A stretch of DNA of 64,000 nt from an uncultured Clostridia bacterium (GTDB taxonomy: Bacteria > Bacillota > Clostridia > Tissierellales > DATGTQ01): assembly GCA_964447805.1 (NCBI GenBank), contig CAYUTQ010000009.1, forward strand, positions 2,025 to 66,024, read 5' to 3'. Positions 42,671-53,011 of the stretch are shown here, in pieces. The position numbers and the translations under genes are program-made. Under the pieces are notes generated by a model. That model did no database searches. It was not told the origin of the DNA and was given only the letters and a program-made list of their open reading frames with translations. Positions within the stretch are counted from its first letter, which is position 1. Every line of letters begins with the position of its first letter.

Positions 42671-43467
42671 CTTATATGAATAGGAATTTTTTTCCTTTCT
42701 TTATAAATAAAAATATATTTAAAATTTAATTCTCTGAGAAGTTTCTCTGCTTCTTTGTACATATAACCTACATTTGATGGTATGTGAGCATCAGAACCAA
42801 TAGTAATTATTTCTCCACCAAGTTGTTTATATAAATTTAATATTTCAATTTTGGGATGAAAATATTCTAATCCATATCTTAAACCAGAGGTATTCAACTC
42901 AATTCCTTTTCCTTGTTCTATTATTTTTGTTAGTATTTTTTCTATAATCCATTTATAATCATTTATTTCTGGTAATTTTTGTTCCTTAGGAAGATATCTA
43001 TCAATTAAGTCAATATGTCCTAATACGTCATAATTATTAAAGTTATCGATACATTCATACATTTCTTTATAGTAATCTATAATTGTATCTAAAGGTTTTT
43101 TATTATTTAAGTAAGTATCTGATAGTATTTCTATACCACCTACAGTATGGACAGAGGCTATAACAAAATCAAAAGGATTATTATTTATTAATTGATTGTA
43201 TCGTTGGGCTAAATGAGGTTGGAGGCCAATTTCTACTCCAGATAAAACCTTGAGTTTTTTGATATATTTGTATTTGATTTTTTTAATTTTTTCAAAATAA
43301 TCATCAGTATGAAATAATAAATCTATTTTATTTTCTGTTATATCTAAATCTATATGGTCAGTGAAACATATACTTTTTAAATTGTTGTCTATGGCCTTTA
43401 TTGCCATATCATTCATAGGATATTTACAATCCATAGAATAATTGCTGTGAATATGAAAATCATACAT
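42667..43467 (-). CDS. Histidinol-phosphatase, HisJ/PHP family
   Basis: N-terminus MYDFHIHSNYSMDC, FTDHIDL, ASVH, GHIDL and GSDAH are PHP-domain metal ligands in HisJ order. Confidence 0.8.
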   Translation of the reverse strand: MYDFHIHSNYSMDCKYPMNDMAIKAIDNNLKSICFTDHIDLDITENKIDLLFHTDDYFEKIKKIKYKYIKKLKVLSGVEIGLQPHLAQRYNQLINNNPFDFVIASVHTVGGIEILSDTYLNNKKPLDTIIDYYKEMYECIDNFNNYDVLGHIDLIDRYLPKEQKLPEINDYKWIIEKILTKIIEQGKGIELNTSGLRYGLEYFHPKIEILNLYKQLGGEIITIGSDAHIPSNVGYMYKEAEKLLRELNFKYIFIYKERKKIPIHIS

Positions 43468-43762
43468 AAATACTCCTCCATTTTAATTATTTGTCATATA
43501 TCTTCTAGAATATTTTACTTGAAAAATTTAGAATAGTAAAGGCTTAAATCATAAAATATTCTTTATATTGCAATTTATATAAATTATAATATAGTCATTA
43601 TTCAGTAGCAGCTACAAAAGCAATAGTTTTTTGAGGTTTAATTGTGAAATCTAATTTTTATTTTTGTAAGTAAACCAAATATTATTGAATTCTATCTTTC
43701 TTATTACATAAAAACTCATAATACTTGGAAAAATATTAATAATAAAATATGGAGGTGTTTAA

Positions 43763-43948
43763 ATGGAATTAGATACAAAAGAAGTACTTAAGAAAAAAAT
43801 ACTTGATGCACAAGAAATGGTAAGAGATTATGAGATGTATTCTAAGCAAGTTCATGATATAGAAGTTGCAAAGGCTTTTAAAGAATTTGCTGAAGAATGT
43901 GGTTATCAAGCTAGTAATATGCAGAGATTTCTTGAGAAAATAGACTGA
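43763..43948 (+). CDS. Hypothetical small helical protein (61 aa)
   Basis: GGAGGTG RBS followed by an ATG, with a terminator hairpin AGAGGAGAA/TTCTCCTCT right after the stop. Confidence 0.55.
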   Translation: MELDTKEVLKKKILDAQEMVRDYEMYSKQVHDIEVAKAFKEFAEECGYQASNMQRFLEKID

Positions 43949-44164
43949 GAGGAGAATTTTCTCCTCTAGTTTTATTGTATAATATAATTTTTTATAAAGA
44001 GTGTATAATAATATGTATTAGAAAATGTAAGGGTAGTTAAATGAATAACCTTTAATTATTGCACATAGAGGAGTTTCTTCTTATGCTCCATAAAATACTT
44101 TAGTAGCTTATAAATAAGTTATAGAAATAGATGTTTATATAAGTAAGTATGGTTATTTAATAGT

Positions 44165-44454
44165 TTGCTTGAATCAAAATTATTGGCATATGAGATGAAA
44201 ACTGGTATACTTTATATCGGGAGTCTAGTTTCTCCTTTGGAATATGCAAAAAAAGGACATACAGATATTATACATATTTTGTTTTGTACAATAAATAAGG
44301 AAATAGTAATAGGAAATATTAAAAATGGTGTAGATGTAAATTTTTTATTGTTAATAAGAAAGAAAAAATATTTTTAATGGCTCAATTTGGTGTTAGTGGA
44401 ATAATAACTGATCGTCCTGATCTTGCTAAAAAGATTATAAGTTTAGTTTATTAA
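44165..44454 (+). pseudogene. Remnant of a glycerophosphodiester phosphodiesterase (GDPD) gene, C-terminal part
   Basis: 44377..44454 encodes MAQFGVSGIITDRPDLAKKIISLVY, and the GVxGIITDxPD ending is characteristic of GlpQ/UgpQ. It overlaps the stop of ORF 44165..44377 in another frame. There is no catalytic N-terminal half upstream. Confidence 0.4.
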
Positions 44455-44475
44455 TTTGTAGGAAGGCTGATACAT

Positions 44476-45363
44476 ATGAAGAAAGTTAAAATAATTTGTA
44501 ATCCGTCATCAGGTAGACAAATAATTCAAAGAAAAATAGATTATATTTGTAAGATGTTAATTGATTATGGATATACTGTGAGTAAATTTTTAACTGAGAA
44601 AAAAAATGATGCTATGAAAGAAACAATAAGATGTTGCCATGAAGATTGGGATATTATAATAGCTTGTGGTGGGGATGGTACTATTAATGAAATAGCCGAA
44701 GGTATAGTAAAAGGTGGCAGAAAAATTCCAGTGGCTATTTTAGCTGCAGGAACTGTAAATGACTTTGCTAATTATATGGATTTGCCTAAAAATAGTAAAG
44801 AATTTTTTGAAATGATTGAACAAGGCAATACTATGGATGTAGATTTAGGAAAGGTTAATGATGAGTATTTTGTAAATGTGGCTGCTAGTGGAATTTTAAC
44901 TAATGTAGGTTATCAGGTGCAGCCAGAAATAAAAGCTGTATTGGGAAGAATGGCATATTATTTAGAAGGACTTAGAGAAATTCCAAAACAAAAATTTGAG
45001 CCTATTAAAATGAAATTTGAATGTAGAGAATATGTGAGAGAAGAAGATATATTGTTATTTTTAGTATCAAATACTTCATCAATAGGAGGCTTTAGAAAAC
45101 TTGCTCCTAAGGCTAATGTATCTGATGGTTATTTAGATAGTATAATAATTAAAGAATCTGAAATACAAGAGCTAATTACAATATTTGTAAAAATATTTAG
45201 GGGTGAACATATAAATCATCCAAATGTAGAGTATTTCAAAACGAAAAAAATGCACGTATATACAAATGAAGATGTTCCTATAGATATTGATGGGGAATAT
45301 GGTGGGAAATTACCTGCAGTTTTTGAAGTGATTCCAAAAAGTTTTAAGATATTTATAAAATAA
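44476..45363 (+). CDS. Diacylglycerol/lipid kinase (YegS/DagK family)
   Basis: The IIACGGDGTINE motif is present, and the fold order is that of DAGK_cat-type lipid kinases. Confidence 0.85.
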   Translation: MKKVKIICNPSSGRQIIQRKIDYICKMLIDYGYTVSKFLTEKKNDAMKETIRCCHEDWDIIIACGGDGTINEIAEGIVKGGRKIPVAILAAGTVNDFANYMDLPKNSKEFFEMIEQGNTMDVDLGKVNDEYFVNVAASGILTNVGYQVQPEIKAVLGRMAYYLEGLREIPKQKFEPIKMKFECREYVREEDILLFLVSNTSSIGGFRKLAPKANVSDGYLDSIIIKESEIQELITIFVKIFRGEHINHPNVEYFKTKKMHVYTNEDVPIDIDGEYGGKLPAVFEVIPKSFKIFIK

Positions 45364-45364
45364 T

Positions 45365-45390
45365 AAAAAAGCAGATTAATCTGCTTTTTT
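45365..45390. terminator. Bidirectional terminator (lipid kinase / bactofilin convergent)
   Basis: AAAAAAGCAGAT pairs with ATCTGCTTTTTT. Confidence 0.7.
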
Positions 45391-45768
45391 ATTATTTTTA
45401 TTTTCTTTTTTGGGATTGTTATTTATTTTTTTCATTTTACAGCTTCCTTCAAATAAAGCATCTTCATTAATAACAAAATTTGAGACTTCTACATCTCCAA
45501 TTAGTTTTCCTGAAGAAAGTAAAACTAATTGTTCTTTGGTGATTATATTGCCATTGACACTGCCTCCAATTGTGATATTTGTACAAGATATATCTCCTTT
45601 TATTTTTCCGTTTTCTCCCAATACTATATCTCCTGTAGAGTCAATATTGCCTTCTATAATGCCATCAATTCTTATATTACCTTTACCTTTCATTGATCCC
45701 GTTATTTCCATATTTTCACCTATAATAGAATCTAGGTGACCTGTATTTTGCTTTGTTTTACCAAACAA
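45376..45768 (-). CDS. Bactofilin (polymer-forming cytoskeletal protein, DUF583)
   Basis: Repetitive beta-helix pattern (ITGSMKGKGNIRIDGIIEGNIDSTGDIVLGENGKIKGDISC...) with a Lys/Asn-rich tail. Confidence 0.8.
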   Translation of the reverse strand: MFGKTKQNTGHLDSIIGENMEITGSMKGKGNIRIDGIIEGNIDSTGDIVLGENGKIKGDISCTNITIGGSVNGNIITKEQLVLLSSGKLIGDVEVSNFVINEDALFEGSCKMKKINNNPKKENKNNKKAD

Positions 45769-45794
45769 ATATTTTCACCCTTTCTTTGCATATA

Positions 45795-46691
45795 TTATTT
45801 TAAAAGACTTAATGGATCAAGTAGTTTACCACTTTTATGTATTTCAAAATGTAAATGGCTACCAGTGCTTCTTCCTGTAGAACCCATCTCTGCAATAGAT
45901 TGTCCTTTTTCTACATTGTCTCCTGTATTTACAAGTAATTTTCTATTGTGTGCATATAGAGTTTTATAGCTATTGTTATGATTAATAATAACAGTTTTTC
46001 CATAGCCGTTTTTGTAGCCAGAAAAGATTACTGTTCCTTTTCCAGCAGCTTTTATTGTTGTTCCAGATGAATTGGCAATATCTACACCTTTATGAAATTG
46101 CATATTTTGTCCAAAGGGACTTTTTCTATAGCCAAAAGGAGAGGAAAGTCTTCCTTCTGTAGGGTTTAAATCAGGTGTTTTTTCTAAATCTTCAAATTTG
46201 TTTTCCACATCTACAATAAAAGTTTCTAATTCTTTTTCTTTGTTTTCCAATACTTGTTTTAATTGTTCTATTTCATCTTCAGGACTGAGATTTTTTGATT
46301 TTGTTTTTTTATGTAATTGTTTACTTCTTGATGGAGATTTGACTCCTGTCATTCGTTCTAGTTGTCTTTGCAATTGGTCTATTTCTGAAAGCTTGTTTTC
46401 AATTTCTGTATTTTTTTCGTCTAGAATTTTAGTTGTAGACTTTAAATTTGATATTTTTTCATCTTTATTTTTATTTTCTTTTTCAAGATTAGAAATTTCT
46501 TTTTCTTTCTTATCAAATTCGTTTCTTAGCTTTTGATAAGAGGAGTAAATATTATTTGTAAATAACAATGCAAATGAAATAAGGCAAACTAGAGAAATAA
46601 TTATAGCTTTTGGTAACCATTTGGGTATTGATAGTCTTTTTACTTTTTTGACATCTGGAACGATGACTATTGATATACGCTTGTCTTTCAT
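45795..46691 (-). CDS. M23-family (LytM) peptidase with an N-terminal TM segment and a coiled coil
   Basis: HKGVDIA...GSTGRSTGSHLHFEIH are the M23 zinc ligands. A long Glu/Lys-rich coiled-coil segment is also present. Confidence 0.85.
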   Translation of the reverse strand: MKDKRISIVIVPDVKKVKRLSIPKWLPKAIIISLVCLISFALLFTNNIYSSYQKLRNEFDKKEKEISNLEKENKNKDEKISNLKSTTKILDEKNTEIENKLSEIDQLQRQLERMTGVKSPSRSKQLHKKTKSKNLSPEDEIEQLKQVLENKEKELETFIVDVENKFEDLEKTPDLNPTEGRLSSPFGYRKSPFGQNMQFHKGVDIANSSGTTIKAAGKGTVIFSGYKNGYGKTVIINHNNSYKTLYAHNRKLLVNTGDNVEKGQSIAEMGSTGRSTGSHLHFEIHKSGKLLDPLSLLK

Positions 46692-46936
46692 TGATTATTC
46701 CTCTTTTCTGTAATTCTTTGGAAATTATGAAAATATTCACACACATTATAATAACATAGTTAAATGAACTATTCTATACAAATATAAAAAAACCTTTTTT
46801 ATCAAAAAATATTTTAATATTATTAATGGTTGCCTATTTTGAATATTTTAAACTTACAAACTTTTATATAATTGACTTAAATAGTGAGAAGTTATAAAAT
46901 TCAAGGTAAAAGAAATAGTATTTGGAGGAGATTTAT

Positions 46937-47407
46937 TTGAAAGTTAAAAGTAAATGTGAATATGTAGTTAATATAGAAAAATATTTGAGATGGACTGATT
47001 ATGCAATAAGACGTAAAGGTAGAGAAATTTTATGGGATTTTAATATTACAGGACCTCAATTTATTGCATTACAAATACTTATAAATGATGGTGAATTGAC
47101 TGTAGGTGAGCTGAGTCAAAAGATGTCTTTAGCATGTAGTACAATAACGGATTTAGTAGATAGAATGGAGAAAAGTGGACTAGTAGTTAGGAAAAAAGAT
47201 GAAAAAGATAAGAGAATAGTTAGAATTGAAGTTTTACCAGTTGGTTATGAGGTAGTTAACAAAGTAGTAGAAAAAAGAAGAAAGTTTTTAGCAGGTAAAT
47301 TAGAAAATTTTAAAGAAGAGGAAATGAAATTTTTAAGTGAAAGTTTAGAGGCACTATATATTGCTATAAAAAAAGAGAATGAAGAGTGGAAAAATTCAGG
47401 CAATTGA
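46937..47407 (+). CDS. MarR-family transcriptional regulator
   Basis: Winged-HTH segment LTVGELSQKMSLACSTITDLVDRMEKSGLVVRKKDEKDKRIVRIEV. The start is probably the TTG at 46937, 6 nt after GGAGGAG; the track start at 46922 overlaps that RBS. Confidence 0.8.
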   Translation: MKVKSKCEYVVNIEKYLRWTDYAIRRKGREILWDFNITGPQFIALQILINDGELTVGELSQKMSLACSTITDLVDRMEKSGLVVRKKDEKDKRIVRIEVLPVGYEVVNKVVEKRRKFLAGKLENFKEEEMKFLSESLEALYIAIKKENEEWKNSGN

Positions 47408-47487
47408 GATATAATATATGACAAAGGTATAATATTGTAAAATATAATATTTATTACATAAAGTTTTAAAAAAGGGGAAGAATTATT

Positions 47488-50400
47488 ATGAAGGTGATTG
47501 ACAACAGGTATAAATTAGATAATCTTCTAGAAGAAGATATAGAAGGTAATTCATATTTAGTGACTGATTTGTGGAATACAGACAAAATATGGAAATTGAA
47601 ATTTTATGATTTTGAGAACCAAGGGGATATTATTGATTACTTTATTGATGAATTTGTATTTATTTCAAAAATAAAACATGAAAATTTATTGTCAAGTGAA
47701 GAATTTAATATTGTTAAATCTATAGATGGGAAAAGATTAAGATTGCATCAATACTATTCAATTACAGAATATGAGGATAGTCCTACTTTGGAAGAAGAAA
47801 TTGAAAACATGTCTATGGAAGAAAAGATTTTTGTAGTATTACAGCTTTTGATTGTAGTGGATTTTTTACATTTCAGGGGAATAATATATAAACATTTGAC
47901 TCCTACGAATATATTTATTACAAAAGATCATATAGTAAAATTACGAGATTTGGCTAATATATCTACACAAATTATTGAAAAAAATTATGATACTGTTGAT
48001 AGATATTTTATTGCACCAGAAGTATTATTAAAAACAGAGGATACAAATAAAAAGGTTGATTATTATTCACTTAGTATGTTATTGAAATATATTTTTGAAG
48101 GTAAATTTTATGAAAAATCAAAGTACTCATTTAATTTTAATAATGATTGTAAATTAGATGAGCAGAAGAAATTATTCTTAAAAGAATTATATACAAAACT
48201 TCGTATGAATAATCAAATTAATAATTTACAGCAAAGTATTAAAGATATGATTGATATATTTAATATTGATTATGAATATGATATTTTTAAAGAAAGAGGA
48301 ACTCTTAATTTTAAGACTAAAATTGTAGGTAGAGATAAAGAATTGAAAAAGATATTTAATATAAGAGATCAGTTTCAAAAAAATAATTATGCTAATAAAT
48401 TATTTTTAATAAGTGGAGAAGAAGGAATAGGGAAAACTAGATTATTGAGAGAGGTTGAATATAGATTAAAATTTAGAAGTAAGGTAGTATATAACTTAGC
48501 AGTGGAAGAAGAAAATAGAATTGATTCAAAATTATTTTGTAAGATTTTAAAACAGACAATAAAAGATGCTCCTAAAAATTTAATTAATAGATATGGTAGT
48601 GAGTTAGTGAAGTTAATACCAGAGTTAAGCTATGGAGGTGGAATAACTCCTTCTTCAAATTTATCAGAAGATAAAGAAAAATTTAAACTCTATTATATAG
48701 TAACAAATTACATAAAAGAATTAGCTATGATAAATCCCATATATATACTTATTGATGATATTCATAATATTGATGAGTGGAGTATGGGGCTTATTGAATA
48801 TATGATAAATAAATTAGGGGCTTGTCCTATATTAATTATTGCGACATGTGACCAGAATAAAGGGAAAAAAGAGAATTTTAAAGTTTTAAAAAAATGGATG
48901 ACTTCAGATAAAACACAATCTGTTATATTATCTAATTTTGGTCTTCAGGAAGTAAGTGAAATGGTTCAACATATACTAGGGATAAGTTATAAGCCATTAA
49001 GTTTTTCTACTGTGTTATTAGATGAAAGTTCAGGAAATCCTGGTTATATTGAGTTTATTATAAAAAGTTTATTTGCAGTAAAAGAATTGTATATAGATAA
49101 GAATGGATTTTGGTATGTAAAGACTGAAAGATATGCTGATTTGTATTATCCTGCTAGTTTTGATGAGGGATTAAAAAATCAAATTAATACGTTAGATGCT
49201 GAACATAAAAAAGTGGTACAAGTAATATCTATTTTTAATTATCCAGTAACAAAAGATATTTTGTTAAAGTTAATTGATATAGGCAAGAAAGAATTAGAAC
49301 AAATTATTAATAAATTGCTTACTATGAAATTATTAGATGAAAGACTAGGAGATTGGGGATATAGTTATAAAATTTATAATCGACATCTTAAGAAAATTAT
49401 ATATTCTGAGATACCAGAAAAAGAAAGGGTAAAGCTTCATAGAAAAACAGCTGAAATTTTTAGAACAGATTATACAAATAATAGTGTAAGTATTATGGAA
49501 GAATTGACTTATCATCTCATTATGTCTGGGCAAGTAGATGTGGCAGTAGATTGTCTAATTAATCAAGCCGCAAAACTTGAGACTCTTTTGAGCTCTCAGG
49601 CATTATGTTTACTAGAAAAGGCTTATGAACTTTTAGAGGATAAGGAAGTAAGTTATAAAAAATTAGAATTAGCTGAAAGCATAGGTAAACATTATACTTA
49701 TAAAGGGGAATATGATAAAGCACTAGATATGTATAATAAAATATTAAAAGATGCAGAAAAAATTCAGAATATTAAATACATTGTTAATGCTTATAATTCT
49801 ATTGGAGATATATATATTCGCAGAGGTCAAGATGAATTAGCAAAACAATATGCTTTTAAAGGACAAAAAACTTCTGAAAAGATTAAATATATAGATGGCA
49901 TATTAGATGCAATGATTATAAATATTAAAGCAGAAATGAGTAGAAGTAATTTAAAAATAGCAGATAAAACTATCAATAAAGCGATAGAAATAGCCAATAA
50001 TGAAGGAAAAGATACATATTTAGGTATTTTATATAATCTTTTAGGTCTTGTATATTATTATACAGGAAATATATATGAAGCTAAAAAAACATATGAAAAA
50101 AGTATAAAAGCTTTTCAAGGAAGTGAAAATTCTGTAGAAATTACAAAAGCTATGAATAATATGGCAAATATTTATTCGGATCAACAGGGGAATATTGAAA
50201 AGGCAATGAAATATTATACTGAAGGTTTAAAGATATGCCATAAATATGGTTATATAGAAGTTGAAAAGACTTTTTTATTTAATATTGGTATAGTATATAA
50301 GAAAAATTGTGATTATGAAAATGCTATAAATTATATAGAAAAGGCTAAAGAATTGTCAATAGGATTAGAAGATGGTATGTTAGCTATGTTTTCTATTATT

Positions 50401-52875
50401 ACTTTAGGACAAATTTATTTAGATATGGGAAATTATGAAAAAGCTTATAGTTATTATATTGATATTGTTGAAGAAGGTCAAAATAAAAATTTACAAGATA
50501 TAGAGGTTATAGGAAATTATTATAATTTTTTAGGTAGATTTAATTTTAAATTTGGACAATGGGAAGAGGCCTTATATTATACAGAAAAAACCATAGAAAC
50601 TTGTAAGGAATTTAGAACAGAAGAGTATTTAGATGCAAGTAGTAGATTAATTTTAATTGACTATTTTTATAAGAATATATATGATAAAGATTCCATGGAG
50701 AAAGTTTTAGAGAAATATATGGATAGGGCAGCATATTATGATATAAGAAAAAGATTTTTGCAATTTGCAGCTATAAGTTATCTAGAAAAAGATTATGAGT
50801 ATGTTGAAGAATTGCTAATAAGAGATAAAAAGCTTAAAGAAAAGTTTAGTGTAGAAGCTATTGAATTTGCTAAAGAGGCATTTTTATATATTATAGATGA
50901 TGAAATAGGTATAGAAAACTGTAAAAAAGAAAATATAGGAATTATTGAAGAAAAGTTTAAAGGAAATAACAAACAAGAATTACAGTTATATGCCAATATT
51001 GTATTGTGCCAGAAATTTTATAAGAATGAAAATTTCTCAGAATCTTTAAATTGTTGTTTAGAAACACTTGATATTATGTATAGATTAATTGCAAAAGTTC
51101 CATCTAAAAAACTTCAAATAAGTTTTATTAAAAAATATAAAGGGGATTTAATTAAAAAAAGGATAGAGAATATAATTAATAAAATGTTTTCTAAAAAATT
51201 AAATTGTATTTATTTAGATGATTTAGTAGAAGATGAAAAAATAGAAAAATACTTTGATTTTAGTGATTTATTCGGGTTAATTGATGATGAAGAATTTGAT
51301 AAGATAAAAACAGCTAGTTATACGGATTTTTCTATATCAAGAGAAATTAATAATATAGAGGATTTAATAAAAAGTTTTACTACGGATTATCTATATAATT
51401 TTCAACTAATAATTAAATATTTAGGTAGAGAGACCTATGCCCAAGAAGGTTTTATACTAATAAGGGATGAAAATACAAATGAATATAATCCAGTGGCTAT
51501 TTTAAATAATAAAGATAATGTTAATGAATCAATTCTTTGGATGGCAAATAAAAATGAAAAAGGTCTCTTAATTAAAAATTCGTTTCAAAATGTAGAAGAT
51601 AAGATGCTTGATGTATTATTACCTTCTAATATGAAAGCTTTAATATGTGTTCCAATTATTAGACATGAAAGCAATAATGAAGACAACAATACAAATAGAA
51701 GGAAAAAAACTTATCAAAAAGATAAAAAAATCATAGGGTATATTTATCTTGAAACTAACAAATTATTTAATAGATTTGATGAAGAAAGACTTGAATTAGT
51801 AAATACAGTAGCTTTTTTAACTTTTATAAATATTGAAAATTATAATTTAAAGATATTGTCTACTATAGATAAAATGACAGGAGTTTTTACTAGAAAGTAT
51901 TTTGATATACTATTTAATGAGTTTTTAATTTCGACTAAAAGGAATGGTGAAAAATTTTCTTTATTAATGTTAGATATAGATAAGTTTAAGAATATAAATG
52001 ATATTTATGGTCATAGAAAAGGTGATGAAATATTATCTAAAATAGGAAGAATACTTAATGAAAATACAAGAAAGGATGATATAGTAGCTAGATATGGTGG
52101 AGAAGAATTTATTGTTGTACTTAAAGATATAAATGAAAAAGATGCAAAAGCTATTGCTGAAAAGCTTAGGGAAAAAGTAGAAAAATTAAACATTCCTAAT
52201 GGTGATAGCCTTTTAACAATAAGTATGGGATTAGTTATGTATCCTAGACATGGTCAATTTAAAGAGGAATTAATTGAAAAAGCAGATCAAGCATTATATT
52301 GTGCAAAAGAAAGAGGACGCAATAGAGTGATAACATGGCATTCTAATATAGTAAGTACTGTTAATAGAGTAGATAGATTAGCTGGAATAATGTCGGGAAA
52401 CATGGTAAAAGATCAAAGAAATGTTTTAGCTATGATGGATATGATAAATTTAATAAGGATAAATACGACTAAAGAAGAAAAAATATGTGAGTTTTTAGGA
52501 AGATTAATTGAAATGTTAGATAGTGAATATGGCATTTTATTTATTGTAGATAAATTAGGTATTCATAATAAAGGGTATGCACGTAAACGATTTGAAACAA
52601 AATGGGTGAAAATGCCTAAAGTGAATGTAAATGTAATAAGTAGAGTGGTAAAAACAGGGAAGGGAGAATTTTTAATAGATTGGGAAACAGTAAGCAATGT
52701 TGATATAATATCAGGAATTCCAAATTGGCGATCTATAATTGCTATTCCTTTAGTATATGAAGGTAGAATAAAGGGTTTAGTTTATCTTTCTGTTTCTATG
52801 AAAGAAAAAGAATTTGATTATAATTGTTATAATCTTGCCAATGCATTATGTGGAATTTTTTCAGCTGTGATTTAA
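47488..52875 (+). CDS. Giant signalling protein: degenerate Hanks-type kinase domain, AAA_16/STAND NTPase, TPR-like repeats, GAF, GGDEF (active-site GGEEF plus RxxD I-site), GAF
   Basis: The kinase-like subdomains have YKHLTPTN in place of HRDLKPxN. Walker A is GEEGIGKTRLL and Walker B is IYILIDDIH. The GGDEF core is DIDKFKNINDIYGHRKGDEIL...RKDDIVARYGGEEFIVV. A terminator hairpin lies over the stop codon. Confidence 0.85.
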   Translation: MKVIDNRYKLDNLLEEDIEGNSYLVTDLWNTDKIWKLKFYDFENQGDIIDYFIDEFVFISKIKHENLLSSEEFNIVKSIDGKRLRLHQYYSITEYEDSPTLEEEIENMSMEEKIFVVLQLLIVVDFLHFRGIIYKHLTPTNIFITKDHIVKLRDLANISTQIIEKNYDTVDRYFIAPEVLLKTEDTNKKVDYYSLSMLLKYIFEGKFYEKSKYSFNFNNDCKLDEQKKLFLKELYTKLRMNNQINNLQQSIKDMIDIFNIDYEYDIFKERGTLNFKTKIVGRDKELKKIFNIRDQFQKNNYANKLFLISGEEGIGKTRLLREVEYRLKFRSKVVYNLAVEEENRIDSKLFCKILKQTIKDAPKNLINRYGSELVKLIPELSYGGGITPSSNLSEDKEKFKLYYIVTNYIKELAMINPIYILIDDIHNIDEWSMGLIEYMINKLGACPILIIATCDQNKGKKENFKVLKKWMTSDKTQSVILSNFGLQEVSEMVQHILGISYKPLSFSTVLLDESSGNPGYIEFIIKSLFAVKELYIDKNGFWYVKTERYADLYYPASFDEGLKNQINTLDAEHKKVVQVISIFNYPVTKDILLKLIDIGKKELEQIINKLLTMKLLDERLGDWGYSYKIYNRHLKKIIYSEIPEKERVKLHRKTAEIFRTDYTNNSVSIMEELTYHLIMSGQVDVAVDCLINQAAKLETLLSSQALCLLEKAYELLEDKEVSYKKLELAESIGKHYTYKGEYDKALDMYNKILKDAEKIQNIKYIVNAYNSIGDIYIRRGQDELAKQYAFKGQKTSEKIKYIDGILDAMIINIKAEMSRSNLKIADKTINKAIEIANNEGKDTYLGILYNLLGLVYYYTGNIYEAKKTYEKSIKAFQGSENSVEITKAMNNMANIYSDQQGNIEKAMKYYTEGLKICHKYGYIEVEKTFLFNIGIVYKKNCDYENAINYIEKAKELSIGLEDGMLAMFSIITLGQIYLDMGNYEKAYSYYIDIVEEGQNKNLQDIEVIGNYYNFLGRFNFKFGQWEEALYYTEKTIETCKEFRTEEYLDASSRLILIDYFYKNIYDKDSMEKVLEKYMDRAAYYDIRKRFLQFAAISYLEKDYEYVEELLIRDKKLKEKFSVEAIEFAKEAFLYIIDDEIGIENCKKENIGIIEEKFKGNNKQELQLYANIVLCQKFYKNENFSESLNCCLETLDIMYRLIAKVPSKKLQISFIKKYKGDLIKKRIENIINKMFSKKLNCIYLDDLVEDEKIEKYFDFSDLFGLIDDEEFDKIKTASYTDFSISREINNIEDLIKSFTTDYLYNFQLIIKYLGRETYAQEGFILIRDENTNEYNPVAILNNKDNVNESILWMANKNEKGLLIKNSFQNVEDKMLDVLLPSNMKALICVPIIRHESNNEDNNTNRRKKTYQKDKKIIGYIYLETNKLFNRFDEERLELVNTVAFLTFINIENYNLKILSTIDKMTGVFTRKYFDILFNEFLISTKRNGEKFSLLMLDIDKFKNINDIYGHRKGDEILSKIGRILNENTRKDDIVARYGGEEFIVVLKDINEKDAKAIAEKLREKVEKLNIPNGDSLLTISMGLVMYPRHGQFKEELIEKADQALYCAKERGRNRVITWHSNIVSTVNRVDRLAGIMSGNMVKDQRNVLAMMDMINLIRINTTKEEKICEFLGRLIEMLDSEYGILFIVDKLGIHNKGYARKRFETKWVKMPKVNVNVISRVVKTGKGEFLIDWETVSNVDIISGIPNWRSIIAIPLVYEGRIKGLVYLSVSMKEKEFDYNCYNLANALCGIFSAVI

Positions 52876-53011
52876 ATCGCAGCTTTTATTTGTTTATATT
52901 ATGAAAAATATGATATAATATTCTTAATGTTAATGATTAGATTTTTTATGATATAATAATGAGTAAGTAATTGTTGAGAAGAGGAAATTATATAGGATTT
53001 GGTGATAACAA

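Noticed and set aside
44165-44377. 70-aa ORF as an independent gene
   Set aside because: It has no RBS and an unconvincing sequence, and it abuts the GDPD C-terminal fragment in another frame. It is treated as part of a decayed gene.
45410-46746. Plus-strand ORFs 45410..45739, 45736..45969 and 46198..46536, and minus-strand ORF 46552..46746
   Set aside because: The first three are antisense to the bactofilin and M23 genes. The last is an alternative frame over the M23 5' end and promoter with no RBS.
47488-52875. Reading the STAND/TPR giant protein as an Avs-type antiphage defence gene
   Set aside because: No nuclease, TIR, SIR2 or protease effector domain was seen, and no defence-island neighbours are present. 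The output domain is a standard GGDEF with an I-site, so a signalling role is better supported.
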